A stretch of DNA of 60,363 nt, counting the filler, from Sphacelaria rigidula (Eukaryota): the NCBI GenBank assembly GCA_964200075.2. It is 6 parts of 6 records of this genome, joined end to end, with 100 filler letters (N's around TTAATTAATTAA, not from the genome) between each part and the next. Parts side by side here need not be neighbours in the genome. Positions count along the whole stretch, not along the records: positions 10,079 to 20,056 come from CAXNAA020007374.1; positions 20,157 to 30,133 come from CAXNAA020007375.1; 4 more parts are not named here. The stretch is one strand, 5' to 3'. A program made the translations under genes and the position numbers. Each line of letters begins with the position of its first letter. Positions within the stretch are counted from its first letter, which is position 1. The notes below the pieces were generated by a model. That model was not told where the DNA came from. It worked only from the letters and a program-made list of their open reading frames with translations, and made no database searches. Below are positions 11,121-23,950 of the stretch, one piece after another.

Positions 11121-12614
11121 ATATTACATTTCAATTCTNNNNNNNNNNCTTCCGATCATCTGTTCGACCGGTTGTTTTTTTGGTTGTGGTTCCCGTCCGG
11201 GTGTTCGCTTGTTCGCCTGTTCGCTTATCCGTTTCCATGCCTTGTCGAAACGTTTTCAACCGGCGACCACGTTTGACGATCATCATACCCACTTCGAAGT
11301 ATACCGTCTACGATACGAGGCATGTCACTTGAACAGCTGCCTTTTCAGTCTTCACTGTCTGGGGTAGATGTACTGCATACGAAACAAGACGCACGAAATG
11401 TTGGAGCATCAACTACACATATTGAGACACCAACATGGTTTTGCAGCATGCTTCGTGCATTACAGCTTGCACAAGAACACGAGCGAATTGATTATAACTC
11501 CAATCAACTGAAAACATGGTCATAATTTAAGCTTGGTCACTTGACCGTAAATATGTCAATTTGTCTACGTGTTTATACATTCACACGCTGCGAACTCATC
11601 ATGACCTTTTACCAATAGTAAGTGCCAATGCTCTTGCAGTAAAGATCCGTAAATGTCCCGCATTTACAAAATAGTTGAAACATGCCATTTGTACGCAGCA
11701 CGTTTAGGTATTTTTTCCCAACCGCCTGCACGTATGTGAAAGGGCATCAAATCAAATGCATGCGTACACTTACGCTGCCAAATCAAGTGCCTTAGAATCA
11801 AGAAACCACACGTAGATGTATACTGTCAAGGCCAAGTGCGCATGTATGTACGGAGTGAGACGATAACAAATTGACAATATCTCACATATCGCCTTGTAAA
11901 ATCAATCACCCTATCGGCCCTGACTAACGTTTGCCCCTCGCTCTGTACTGCTGCATCGACCATCGGCCGCGCACACATGTACTCCAGCTATGCTGGTTGC
12001 AAGGCACATACCGAAGCTTCTTGCAGTTTGCCAGTGTTGGACTGTTGGATTTCTAGATGTTGCGATGGTCGGCGTCTGTTTCGTTTTATTCCTAGCTCGC
12101 GCCCAGCACTTTAGAATATCTCATTCGGCGCGAGACTCGAGTTCTCATTCGCCCTGTGGGCTACCAACTGCCACTGTAATATCTAGGTTTTAGTGTAGGA
12201 ATTTTCAGTCAGGGACCGCACTTTGTGCTCAAGTTGGTGTATATTGGGAATTTTGAGGCCAGACTTTATAAGTGCCAAGATATTAACGGATGGCGGTTTC
12301 TTGTAGTTGCCATTTTTTTGTTCACTTGCTTTTTTTTTTCTGAGCCCTAGCCATGTCAGTTTCCACAGTATTTTTAGTGTTGATGTTTCGTGGCTCCTTC
12401 CTGCACAGTTTACGGGTGAGAGTGAGTGCCCGTCTAAGAGTGCGGTCGGTCTTCCGATGGCTGGGTCGCAAGCCGCTGAGATTGTTCGGCCCGACGCGTA
12501 CTGACTATCTTGCAAACGGGTGATAGTCAAAGTCAGGTCCCTCCGCCCCTCCCGCCCCCCATCCGATCCCCCCGTCCGCTCTCGCAAATACGGGATCATA
12601 CCCAACCACCGCAG

Positions 12615-12800
12615 CTTCTACAGACGATTGACACGACAACTCCCATGGACGAGCGGGGAGATCTGCTTGTGTTTCTATCTGGAATGGGGGACATTCTCGC
12701 CGTGTCGGAGGGGACTCGGGAGTACGTAGAGAGCACCAGCCCCCGGCGGTGGGTAGTGCTAATGTTGCACTCCAGTCTGTCTGTGGAGGAGCAAGACAAG
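12615..12800 (+). CDS. DHX34: DHX34-like helicase, exon (ERGDLLVFLSG...LHSSLSVEEQDK)
   Basis: ccgcag acceptor and AAG|gtactg donor, phase 0/0; DEAH motif IV. Confidence 0.92.
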
Positions 12801-13112
12801 GTACTGTACGTGTAATGCGTTGGATGGTTGGCGGGCTGACGGATTGCCTTCATTGCTTGCCGCCTCAGAGTGGCGATCAATGGGTGACATTTTTTGGCAG
12901 CAAAGTCCCTAGAACCCGTTGAGCTCCAGGGTGGGGCGATCTAGTGATTAGGAAAAAGAAATGCAAATGAGAATGATATCGATTTACTTCAACACATGAG
13001 CTACCCTGCCATGGCGAGTAAAAGGGTTCAAGGGTGGGATTCATTTCTGATACGAGCTGCAAATTGGAGAATCAAAAGGAAGAAACTGAGTGCGTGGTGA
13101 AGTCGAGTAAGT

Positions 13113-13530
13113 CTATTGATTTATCGAATGATTGATTGAACGTATGTTCGTCGCACCTGAGCAGACTATTCTGCGGAGTAAGACAAGGCGGTCCACCGAT
13201 CATGTATCTACCCACCTTTTTATTTCCTTTTTTATTTTGCAACACTCTCCACCCCTCCCGTTCTTCGGGACGAGCGCGTGGTCTTCAGGGATCATAACCC
13301 CGTCTCTCCCCGGTACAGATCTTGGATGGCACTCTCGCACCGCGTCGACTCTCGTCAAACAAACTCAGTCATCTGCTTCTCGTCTGCTCACGTCCTCATA
13401 CTTTCAGCGGTGTAAAGTAGATACTTGATACCTCCAAGAAAAAATCCAACGATCCTGGCGGGAATCGAACGCACGATCTCTTCGCCCAAATAACGTCAGT
13501 GTCGGCCCAACCATGGGACCACCGGGGCGA
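13113..13530 (-). mobile_element. tRNA-derived SINE with (CAAT)-type tail
   Basis: Head TCGCCCCGGTGGTCCCATGG (A box) ... GTTCGATTCCC (B box); the 3' end decays into TCAATCAATC. Confidence 0.65.
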
Positions 13531-13650
13531 TATATTGTTTGTGGGACGTATTTTTTCGCGTCTATAAACGTGATTTTGTAGAAGACGCGGGTGCCAGCAG
13601 TATACTGTGTTGGGAATCTGAGGCAGCGAGCTCCCGAATAAGTGCCACCG

Positions 13651-13943
13651 CGCTCTCGGGGTCAAGTTGGCACAGCGTCAAACCTATTGAAGCGGAGCAG
13701 GAGGTTCGATTTCCCGCAGATACTGTTCTAAAGCATAACTTTGTTTTCTACTCTTTTTTTCTCACGACTTAGTCGACTATGATGTTCCGTTATACTCTAT
13801 CTGTTTTTGTTTTTTTCTGCAGCGAGTGTTTCAGTTTTTTTTTGTTTGTCTCGGGCCTACGTCCATCGTGTAACCACGGCTGGATCCCTGGAGGGTCAGT
13901 TAAGTGCGACAATCAATCGATCGTATCAATCAATCGATCATAT
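13651..13943 (+). mobile_element. Probable SINE: tRNA-like head plus RTE-type TGCGACAATCAATC tail
   Basis: B-box-like GGTTCGATTTCCC at ~13703; tail shared with copies at 14855-14929, 19236-19281 and elsewhere. Confidence 0.5.
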
Positions 13944-14359
13944 CAGGTGTACCCGATTTTCGTGGTTGAACACGTGAGGGCTTCAGGAGCAGAAAGAAAT
14001 TGACGCAATCTGACGCGGTGCGGAAGTGCTGACCCAATCATCAGCGCATCAGCGATACCAAAATGTCGTGCATGTGCACCGGGCATGTGCACCGGGCATG
14101 TACCCCGGGGTGGGCGGGGGGATTGGTTGGTGCCTCGAGACCATGGGCTCGTCCCGAGGAGAAGGAGGGGTTCAAAGTATCACGACAAAATAGGAGGAAA
14201 GAACGAGAAATAGAAGATTTGACTCTTTCCTCACGCTCGAATTATGGGTTTGCGTGATCAATCCCTTCATTTACTGAATTCGCTTGTTTCCCCCGATTAT
14301 TGCGCATCCTTCCTCAATCCAATATTACCGGCCGATAACGAAAACATGACCGGACATAG

Positions 14360-14505
14360 GTGTTCGATGCCGCTCCCCTTGGAACGCGCAAGATGATTTT
14401 GGCTACCAACATCGCCGAGACTAGCGTGACGATCGACGGTGTCAGATTCGTTGCGGACAGCGGCAAGGCGAAGGAAATGTCATGGGATCCCGCGTCAGGA
14501 GTCAG
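14360..14505 (+). CDS. DHX34: DHX34-like helicase, exon ([26 protein letters not shown])
   Basis: DEAH motif V; tag acceptor, AG|gtgcga donor in phase 2 joining 16427. Confidence 0.95.
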
Positions 14506-14930
14506 GTGCGAAAACTCCCGCCAAGAGATGAAGAAAAAAACACCCATGACACATGTTGCCGACGCTTGTTTCTTATTTTTGATTTTTGTTTCGAAGCATC
14601 CGTGCGTCGTGCGTAATTTTTGGTGTGCTTTATATTCCTTCTTTCCGCTGACGTGTTTGTCGAATCCCGCCCCTCGGGGCGCCCTGTTTTTCATCCCGCA
14701 GCCAAACTCCAACTTTTTACTTTTATTTTTGTTTTTATTTTTCACGTCGTAGTCTACTATATCGTTTTGTTCGACTTTTTCTGTTCCTTCTTTTTCTTCA
14801 GCCAGTGTTTCTGTTTCAGTTTTGTCTTTTCTTGGGTACGTCTATCTTATGGATAATGACCACGTAAACGCCGGATTCCTGAGGGATCATTGAAAGTGCG
14901 ACAATCAATCAATCAATCAATCAATCAATC

Positions 14931-15096
14931 CTGCCGACTTTCACCGAATTTTGTTTCCGCTGCTACACATGTTGTCACGTTTTTCACGACAGAAATCAGA
15001 TATTGTGTGAAAATGCCGTATCTATCGGGATTCGAACGCATGGCACCCGTCCAAAGCAGTCGTTGGTGTAGCAATTTTGGCCGCCGGGGAACGGCG
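14931..15096 (-). mobile_element. tRNA-like SINE head fragment
   Basis: CCCCGGCGGCCAAAATTGC...GTTCGAATCCC (B box) on the minus strand. Confidence 0.45.
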
Positions 15097-15807
15097 GTTG
15101 CTGCATCGTTACAATCACCATTTTCCCACTTCCTTCCTATCTTTATTATTTGTTACTTTCCCTCCATTTATTTGCCGTTTTTCCTTTTTCCTTCTTTGTC
15201 GTTCCTCTTTCTCCCCTCCCCTTTTCCCCGTTTACATTTTCCATTTTTCTCACCATCTCGGGATGAATCCGCAGCAATCCGTAGCTTGGGGGAACCGACC
15301 CATCTGTCCCTCAGCATCTGTCTTGCCAGTGTTTGTCTAGCATCAGATCAGCACTACTTCAACCTGTCAAATTTCTCGAGTTTTTTTCTTGTCACCTCAC
15401 TGTCTCACTTTTTCCACGACGGAAGTCAACAAACGTGTATGACACATGCACCACTATTGTGTCTCAAGTCGGGATCCGAATCCACTACTTCTACTCCGCC
15501 CGAACTGGCCGATCGTGTATGAGTTGAACCACCGGGAAATGGCGGGACACTACAGTACCGAACAAAAAAAGTCATAGCATTGGTCTCAACCAGGAAAATA
15601 TCTTCGTCTCCTTCTTCATGATGTCGTGAAAAGCGTGCTGGGTCCTTCCTCCGCAGACACACTCCTTGGTGGCGTTCTCGTTTGTGATTTTTATGTTTTG
15701 AACGCTACTTTTCTCTCACGTGAGTTCTTCTATCGTCAAGCCGTCAGTCCTTATGCAGGAATCACTCAGAACAGTTTTTATCCCCGAGAATAGAACTCTC
15801 CATCTAA

Positions 15808-16280
15808 GGTCGCTCCTCACGACAGACGAAAGTAAAAATCCGAAAAAGTACCTTTTTGGAGCTCCTACGTCGTTTTACGCTCTCAAAGAGAGCTAGGCGG
15901 AGTTTGACACCTTGGAATGACTTGCTCTACTAGTTCAGGCGGTTCCAGGAAATCTTCCCGTTTTGCGGTGACCGCACTCTTCATTTTGGCCGAACAAGAA
16001 TTTTTGTCCAAGAGCGGTAAAGAACAGTCAAATCTTGAAAAAATCGTCATTTTTTTCTGGAGGTGAAAGTTCTCGGGCAAAAATTCTTGTTTGGCCACAA
16101 AAAAAACTGCGCCCACCGGAAAATGGGGAAATGTCCTGGAACCGCTTCAACTAGTAGAGCAAGCCATTCCAAGGTATCGAACTCCGCCTAGCTCTCTTTT
16201 AGGGGGTAAAATCACGAAGCAGCTGCGAAAAGACACTTTTCCATTTTTTCATTTATTTTCGTCTGTTATCAGGAGCGACC
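15808..16280. mobile_element. PIF/Harbinger-like foldback MITE with TAA TSD
   Basis: TAA|GGTCGCTCCT...AGGAGCGACC|TAA; imperfect inverted arms of about 170 bp (e.g. GAGAGCTAGGCGGAGTT / AACTCCGCCTAGCTCTC). Confidence 0.8.
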
Positions 16281-16426
16281 TAAGGTACACAGCACCCTAA
16301 ACTCTTGACGTTTCGGCCACCGTATCTCTGTGTATTGACATCATACCTCCGTCAAACATGTACTTCCTCCCGGTGTTGAAAAAACTTGGTCGCGCCCTGC
16401 GCTCCCCCCCTCCCCTCCCGCTACAG

Positions 16427-17100
16427 ATCTCTCCAAGAATTCTGGGTCAGCCGAGCCTCTGCCGAACAACGCAAGGGTAGGGCCGGGCGAACCGGACCGG
16501 GCCTCTGCTTCCGCCTATACGCCAATGACACCTTCGACCGACTCGCTCCGTTCGCCGAACCGGAGATCCGCCGCTGCCCTCTGGAGGGCCTCGTCCTTCA
16601 GATGAAAAGCCTGGGTTTGCAAGATCCCCGACTCTTCCCTTACCTATCGCCCCCACCTCCCGAGAATCTTCGCGCGGCCCTCGAAACCCTGGCGCTTGTG
16701 GGCGCAACCGATGCCGTCAGCGCTGCCGCTGTTGCCTCGCCAGCGGCGGCATCGACGACGCCTGCGGAGACGGGCGGGGCGATTGACAAGGTTGCTGAAA
16801 CTCCTGCTTCTGGCTCTTGTGCTGCTGATGGCGGGGATGTCCAATGGGCCGCCCGGGCAGCGGCAGTTACGTTTGAAAATGCTACTGCGAGGGCCCCGCT
16901 CACCCCACTCGGGCGCGTGTTGTCTGCCCTGCCCGTCGACCCCTCGGTGGGCAAGATGTTGGCCCTGGGGGCGCTGTTCGGGGAGAGCGAGCATGTGTTG
17001 ACGCTGGCGGCGGCGCTGACGACACAGAGTCCGTTCGAGTCGAGAGCGGCGGCGACGGCGACGGGCGTTAATCCTGTCGCCGAGTTCGCTTCGCCTGATG
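16427..17100 (+). CDS. DHX34: DHX34-like helicase, exon (motif [14 protein letters not shown] and HA2 domain)
   Basis: ctacag acceptor, GATG|gtgggt donor; [51 protein letters not shown]. Confidence 0.95.
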
Positions 17101-17113
17101 GTGGGTGGGTGCG

Positions 17114-17115
<2 letters not shown>

Positions 17116-17155
<40 letters not shown>

Positions 17156-17193
17156 AGTAACTGTGTCTATTTGTCATGTCTTGAGTTCTGTGG

Positions 17194-17226
<33 letters not shown>
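17116..17226. repeat. (GT)n and (TGT)n microsatellites at the intron start
   Basis: Direct reading. Confidence 0.9.
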
Positions 17227-17227
<1 letters not shown>

Positions 17228-18198
17228 CTTGCTGTCGTTGAGAGTTTGGAAATGTTGAAATGCTGTATCTTTTTTTTCTTCTAGTATTTCGAAAACGTTT
17301 AGTTTGTGTTCGTCTTGTTCATGTTGCTTTTTCGTTGGTGCTGAAACGCGGTTTGTTTATGCAGCGTCCTGAGCAGACTATGTTTCATTTTCGAGTTGGT
17401 GCGGGATAGACATGCCTGTACAATGGGGGTCTGTCAGGGTTGAAGTTCCTCCTCCGGTAGTTTGGTGGCTAGTAGGTATAGACAATTGCGGACGCCAAGT
17501 CGAGACGACGCTACACGAACCTGGCCAAGATTTAAATGATTAACTGATGGCGCTTCTGACACAGGTCAATCCGAGACGTTACTTGAAGACCCTCCCACCC
17601 TTTCTCCTCCTCTCACGTAAAACATGCCAACGTCGAACATGGGGGTTTGTGTAGGTTGGCAACGACGCTGTAAAATGCGCCACACACTACGTCAGCTAGG
17701 CAACTAGGTTACTGCTTGTTTCGCTTGCAATTGTTTTGCGGTAACCATGGCGGTGATCGAGTTAAATCATATTTTGCGGAATGAAAACCTCAACCCCCCA
17801 CGAATTAGAGCTCGGAGATGGTTTGTCTAACCATTTACCAGTTGAATGGTGCATAATGGTTTGGTCATCGAGCGGCGCAGCCGCGAGCCAAAAAGCCCCC
17901 CCTAGCAGAGGGAGCCCCGCTGGAGGCGCCCCCGGAGGGCCCCGCTGGAGGCGCCGTGCCGGAAGCACATTTTTACGCGATTTGGCTTAACGAGATATAA
18001 AAAAATACTTGAAAATTGGGCCAATTGTCAAGGGCTGTATGTAGCGTACGTACAGTAGCCGGTAACAGCTTACAAAGCCGGTAACAGTAAAAAGTAATGG
18101 TTTGAAATCATTATCCAAATTTTTCGTGCAACCATTACCATTATTACCGTTATATTGGTAATGGTCAGTTATGACTGGTACCTTTTCCGAGCTCTACC

Positions 18199-18573
18199 AC
18201 GAAGGGGATGATCGCACGACGTAGTGTTCAAGTGGTGAGACACCCATCGGGGTAGTGTAACCCGTGACCGTTGCTGGAAGTGGCGAGACCAGAAAATGAA
18301 GCATCTCATTCGTTCGAGGCTGTCATCCGTATGCAGGATAATCGGTACGCTTCGAGCCGAACAATCTTCGCAGGATGCAGCTCACTCACCCTTCACGCGA
18401 CTCGTCAAACACATGACGGCGCCTCGCGCTTGGTGATCGATTTCGAGACTGGCCCGCCAAAAATCTGGCGTGCTCCATCCCGGCGCGGTAGGGATGCGAG
18501 GTCCATGGTCATATGAATATGGCAGGCAGAACAATAAGTACATACGCCCTACCCCGCCCTCCTCCCCCCCCCC
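18199..18573 (+). repeat. Repeat family B, long copy (~370 bp, ends in a poly-C tract)
   Basis: Colinear with 38416-38767 from ACGAAGGGGATGATCG to GGGATGCGAGGTC.ATG.TCATAT. Confidence 0.85.
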
Positions 18574-19989
18574 TTTTTTTCAGAAGCCACGAAAGGGGCA
18601 GCGGCAGCCCTGTTGTGTTGGTGGTTGGCGAGAGTCATGGCCTGATTTAGCTGTTCGCACGAGGTGCATTAGTCTGAGTCTGTGTTGTAACGAAAGCGCC
18701 GGACTACTTTGTCGGGATTTTTGTCGGGTGTTGTACTGGTTCGTTGTTAGCCTTACGCCGCTCTCTTCTTTTCAGGTCCTTCTCTCTGTGTCTCTGTGTC
18801 TCTGTGTTTCTGCGTTTCTCTTTGCCGTTCTTCTTCATTTCCCCATATTCTCGAGTTCCCTTCCTTCGGCGAGTGTTCGGTTCGTTTGTCCTGGGTACGT
18901 CTATGGTATGACCATCACTAGATTCGGATGGTATGTGTCAAGTTGGTTTGTTTGACTGGTGGATTGCTTTTCGCACATTACCTGATCATGATCCACAAAT
19001 GATCACAAGATACTACTGTAGGCGTACCTGAGGTAAACAAAATGGAAACGCTCGCTGGAGAAAAAGAAAAGTGAATATATAAACATATATACATATATAT
19101 ATATACAAGATAGAAGAGAAGTAACGTGAGAAACAAAAAAACGAAACAAAATAAACAAATCAAAGGAAAACAAAAGACGGAAAGAAAACAAAAAAGAAGA
19201 CAAGAGAAAAAACAAAACATAAAAGGGAAGGACAGGAACGGAGAATAACTAGATGCGACAATCAATCAATCAAGCAATCAATGACTTCGTGTGCTCCCAC
19301 TTTTTCCCGTCTCACACACTGGGATTCACATATCGACACATATCGGGATCTTTCGTACACAGTTTGTGACACCCCCACTCTTGCCCAAAACGGAACGGGT
19401 GTCGCATATGCATGTATCACTTTGAATGATGAGTTTTTGTGGTTTCTGTGCAGACGACACCCACCTACGGCGGTTTCAATTTCACTTTTTGTTCAATTCT
19501 GTCGCACTTATTGTTTTCTCTCTTCTTCATGTCCAGTTACGTTTTTTTTTCATATTTTTGCATAGAGTCACTGTTTTACGACGGAAACGGACGTTGACGG
19601 TTTTGATGCTCGAATGCACCCGCGTGGTTTTATGTTGTACTGATGTCTATATTTATATCGGTATGAAAGGGTGATCACTCGACGGACACTCGCGGGAATT
19701 TTCCCCGTCTATGCGGTGGTATTCACATCAACCCCCCCCGCTCGCACGCCCTTTATGAGCCTCTATGTACATTCGTTCAACGAGAAGAGGTTTGTAGGGG
19801 TTATAATTTTCGCCGGCTAGCTGTGAGGATGTTCGCTCTCCTTCACGCATGCTCTGCGTGTGTTGAGTTGCTAAGCCAACATTCTTCACATCAGACTTTC
19901 TCGTGAGGCTGAACTCTGCTTCGGAGGTCACCCTCCAGTTCTCTGGCCCCCCGCCGTGTTCTTGACGACGTTTTGATGCCCACTGAACC

Positions 19990-20056
19990 TCGGGGAGGGG
20001 GGGGGTGTACTCATTATCATGTATGCCATAGTCATAAGACCATTGACCTCGCATCC
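19990..20056 (-). repeat. Repeat family B 3' fragment at contig end
   Basis: Reverse complement reads GGATGCGAGGTCAATGGTCTTATGACTATGGCA...GAGTACACCCCCCCC. Confidence 0.75.
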
Positions 20057-20156
20057 NNNNNNNNNNNNNNNNNNNNNNNNNNNNNNNNNNNNNNNNNNNN
20101 TTAATTAATTAANNNNNNNNNNNNNNNNNNNNNNNNNNNNNNNNNNNNNNNNNNNN
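20057..20156. other. Artificial contig spacer 2
   Basis: 44N-TTAATTAATTAA-44N. Confidence 0.97.
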
Positions 20157-21346
20157 CGTGCAGCATATCGTACGCGCGGCCTGTATGCTGCACTACAGTA
20201 TGTTATATCGCGGTGCGTCCGCGATCCGCAGCATGCATATGATGGTGAGTGTGTATATGCATACCATAGGCGGCCGGTTGATTATTGTCGTCGCCGCGCG
20301 ATGTCGCGACCATGAAAGAAGTAGGTGCTCAAGTTTCCACCAACGAGAAAAACATCATGTCCACCCGCCGCACGGCAGTGTGTATGTTTCTATATCCCTG
20401 TGCCCAACCCGTGCTCTTTGCTGCGGGGTTGTGGTGGTATAGCTGGGCGGAATAATAACACTGTTGTGCGGAGGGGTGCTATTGCTGATGTTCGATTTGT
20501 GTGCGGTGATAAATATATACGGAGTGATGGTCCACATATATACTATTCAAATACGATTGATTAAGTGGTATTTTCTAAACATGGTTCGTGTTAGTAGACG
20601 ACGGAAGAAGGATTTTTTTTTTTTTAATGTAGATATATTGACGAGGTATACCCGATCATTTAGCATCTCCCCACCTTCCCAGGGGCTTCACACGAAGCAC
20701 AGGTGTGGGCATACCCACGTACCCAACGTGTGGGATCTCTATTCAGGGAAAGCGGTTGAGAGCTATTCATCCTTTAGCCCATGTACACATGGACTGGGGG
20801 GCAAATGGATAAATACCTTTCAGCAACTTTTTTTGCGTGTCGGATCCCATGCGCCGGTGACGATGCAGTATGCGGGATTTGCCCAGCAGCTGACGCTGTT
20901 CGCCATAGATTTATTTTCCCCCAATCTCTTGACGAGTTCGAGGGAAAAGAAAATATTGATTTCGAGCTTCTTCTGCCGGTCAACTTCCGAATCTACCAGT
21001 GTGCATGGGATTTGCGCAGCAAGAGAAGCTGTTCGAAATAGGTCTTTTTTCGCTCATCTCAAAATGGGCGAAAAAAGGATCGATCTTGAACAGCTCCTTC
21101 TGCTGTTCTAAATATATCCTGTACTTTGCCGAAATTAAATGAGCGAGAAAATGATCTGTTTTGAAGAGCTTGTCCTTTTATCCAAAATGAATTCCTTTTC
21201 GCTCGATTCAAATCGGGTGAAGAGGAATTTACCTCGGACAGGAGGACAAGCTATTGAAGATATATTATTTTACAGATTTTGTACTAAACTCTTTGGAATT
21301 TTCAAAAGAGAAACTTGAGGTTTTTCCAGCAAATCACTACCACATG

Positions 21347-21501
21347 ACTGTGCAGGGCTTTGCTGACGTGCCTACACAGGGCTGCAAATCCAACCCTGGG
21401 GAAAACCCTATTAATACGCTACGAGGGGTACAGATTTTGCATTTCACTGTCAGGGTGTTTTCATAAAGACTGTGGAGGACCCTGCACGGACCCTGCACAG
21501 T
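21347..21501. mobile_element. Possible small MITE (ACTGTGCAGGG / CCCTGCACAGT)
   Basis: 11-bp terminal inverted repeat; no TSD established. Confidence 0.35.
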
Positions 21502-21529
21502 GCGCCCCACAGGGTGCTTTCTGTTCACG

Positions 21530-23950
21530 TGTGTTGTTCGCCTAACATACCCCAAAATACCAAGCGCAGCACGCCAATGAAGGTGGTTTGGTGAGGCACA
21601 GTACCTCGCTACTGCACGTGCTGCGTTAGATATGTCTGACCTTGTTTGAGTTGCCAGCCACATCAGTTACCCTATCAACTCCCCAAACCGAAATTCCTTC
21701 GCCTGCTCTTTTACACTGAACTCTTCAAGCTTCGCACCAACAGCGATGGGGATACTCTTCCCCTACTCTACTGCGTATTCCCTTGCCAACTCGTGTGCGT
21801 ATGTCTGTTGCGAATTTTTCAGAGTCCCCCTCGCAATATCTCTCTCATAGAACAGTCCAGAATATCAACGCGAATCCCCGAAGTTCTTGACTGGAATCAT
21901 CTTGTTGAGATCTCTACCGAACTTGTCAAATCTGTCCTTCTCTCCCACTTCGAATATGTCATCTACATGTACTACTATGGTGATAATCACCCTGGCATCC
22001 TCAATCAACCGAAACACACATGAATCCGCCGAGCACTGATCAATTCCTAGAACAAATAAACATTCCGCCAAGTGATTATGCCACTGCCTACTTGCCTGTT
22101 TCAATCCGGACAAATTTCTGTTGAGTCTTACTATTTTACCAGATAAGCTTCCACAACCAAGTGGCAACCGCATGAAAACGTCCTCACCCAACTCAGACCG
22201 TACAAAAGCCTGTTCAATATCAAAATGACTGAACACAAGATTTTGCTCACAAGCTAGGGTCACCGACAAACGTACGCTAGAAGCTGCTACGGTGGAGGTA
22301 TACAGTTTTTCAAAGCCTATGTTCTCTCTCTGCATATCTCCTGTTGCTACTAGTCTCGACTTCATCTTCGTGGGCACTCCAAACCCGTCCGCCTTCCAGT
22401 TATATACCCGCGTTGCATGGATATAGTTATCCACGAGTTGCTCTTCCCCTGAGTCAATCGTCCCCGCCTCCAGAATTCCCCGCCATTATCGCCCCATCGA
22501 GTCCCTCCATAGATCACCGACCTCTGAGCGCACCGCCTGCGTGTATCCGTTGAGGACCTCGAGGTCCTCTGCTGGACATTGTGGGAGTTCCGGCGGGATG
22601 TGCAGCAGGCACTGCTCGCGCAAAGCGGCATCTATATCTTCACGCGTCGCCAGCCTCGTCACGATTCACATCGGTATCCACCCGCGCCCCCCTTTATCAT
22701 CATCCTTGCCCTGTCGCCCGGCATCACCTACGCCGCGCGTGAGGAGAGCAGACAGCAAAGATCGCTTCTCCAACTGCTGCATGAGTCCCTAGCTGTGGTG
22801 CAAGAGTGTGGCCTTGTCGGTCTTGTATTGCGTCGACCCCGACCGCTTACACCCTGGCTGCCGGGGGTCTGTTTCCAGATCCAGCTCCTTCCTCACTTCC
22901 ATCGGGAGCGGCGAGAAAGAATGGTCCATCACTTCAGAGGCGGATGATGCATCGCGCGACGCAGTCGAGGAAGATTCCGATGGTATCGGGGATGGAATCG
23001 GGGCCGAAGAGCCGGAGAAGATCGGCGGGGATGCCTGCGGTGTTTGATGCATCGGCGGAGTCGGCGGGCGCGGCGGCGTTTGTTGCATCGGTGAAAAGGT
23101 CGGTTGCGGCGGCGGCAGCGGCTCGAACTCCACTGTGTGATATGTCGGCATGAGCAGCGGTGTAGTTGGTGGCTGCTCCTGCTGCGGCGCGGCGACAGCG
23201 GCGGCGGTACTGGTATTAACCTCTTTCCCCTCGACGAGCAGCGTTCCGTGGTGCTGCTCTGCTGGCGGCGCGGCGGCGGCGGCGACGGTACTGGAATGGG
23301 CCTCTCCTCCCCCCCGACGAGCGGCGTTGCCGACGATCGCAGTGGCACACGTGGTACCGTCCAGACAGCGTTGTTTGTGTAGCAGACTGCACAGGTAGCA
23401 GCCTTCAGGACCTTCACCGTCGATGAAGAATGGTTACTGCCATTATTGAGGTAACGGCAGGTCACGGACTGAACGTCCATTCTCCCTCGGCGATTGACCC
23501 GCATCATGCCGGGTTGCAGAAACGGCACAGTCTGTAGCGGCGGGCGCTCGCCGGTGAACACTTCATAAGGCAACAGTCTTCCCGGGTTCGCCGTAGTGGC
23601 GGAACGATTGAACCCGTCCGCTGCCCACACCGCGGCCTCCATCTATAGACGCTTTATGTTCTTCCTCAGGTGAGGTTTGTCGTCGGAGCGGCACTCCGGG
23701 AACAGACGTCGCGCTTCGAGACGGGCTACGTAGCCCCCTTCATGACCCTTCAAATTGCATTTCCCACCACAGCGTTGTGCTTCGGAGTGTTGGGGGCAGT
23801 GTACTCACGACGAACCGTTGCATCGTCGCAGAAGGCGCCGAAGGCGTTGGAGGTGAACTCGCCACCGTTGTCCACACGAAAACAACCGGGGGTACCGATG
23901 GCGCTGACGTCGGCGATGAAACGCTTCACCTTCACCAGCGTGTCAGACTA
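21530..23950 (-). mobile_element. Degenerate Ty1/Copia LTR retrotransposon (integrase then RT; frameshifted, no LTR seen)
   Basis: RVDNGGEF and APNTPKHNAVV (integrase); KSRLVATG, HFDIEQAFV, GLKQASRQW, VVHVDD (RT); TRSDISNAARAVARY. Confidence 0.92.

Noticed and set aside
4332..17100. Pol eta and DHX34 as a linked or overlapping gene pair
   Set aside because: They lie on different contigs separated by an artificial spacer.
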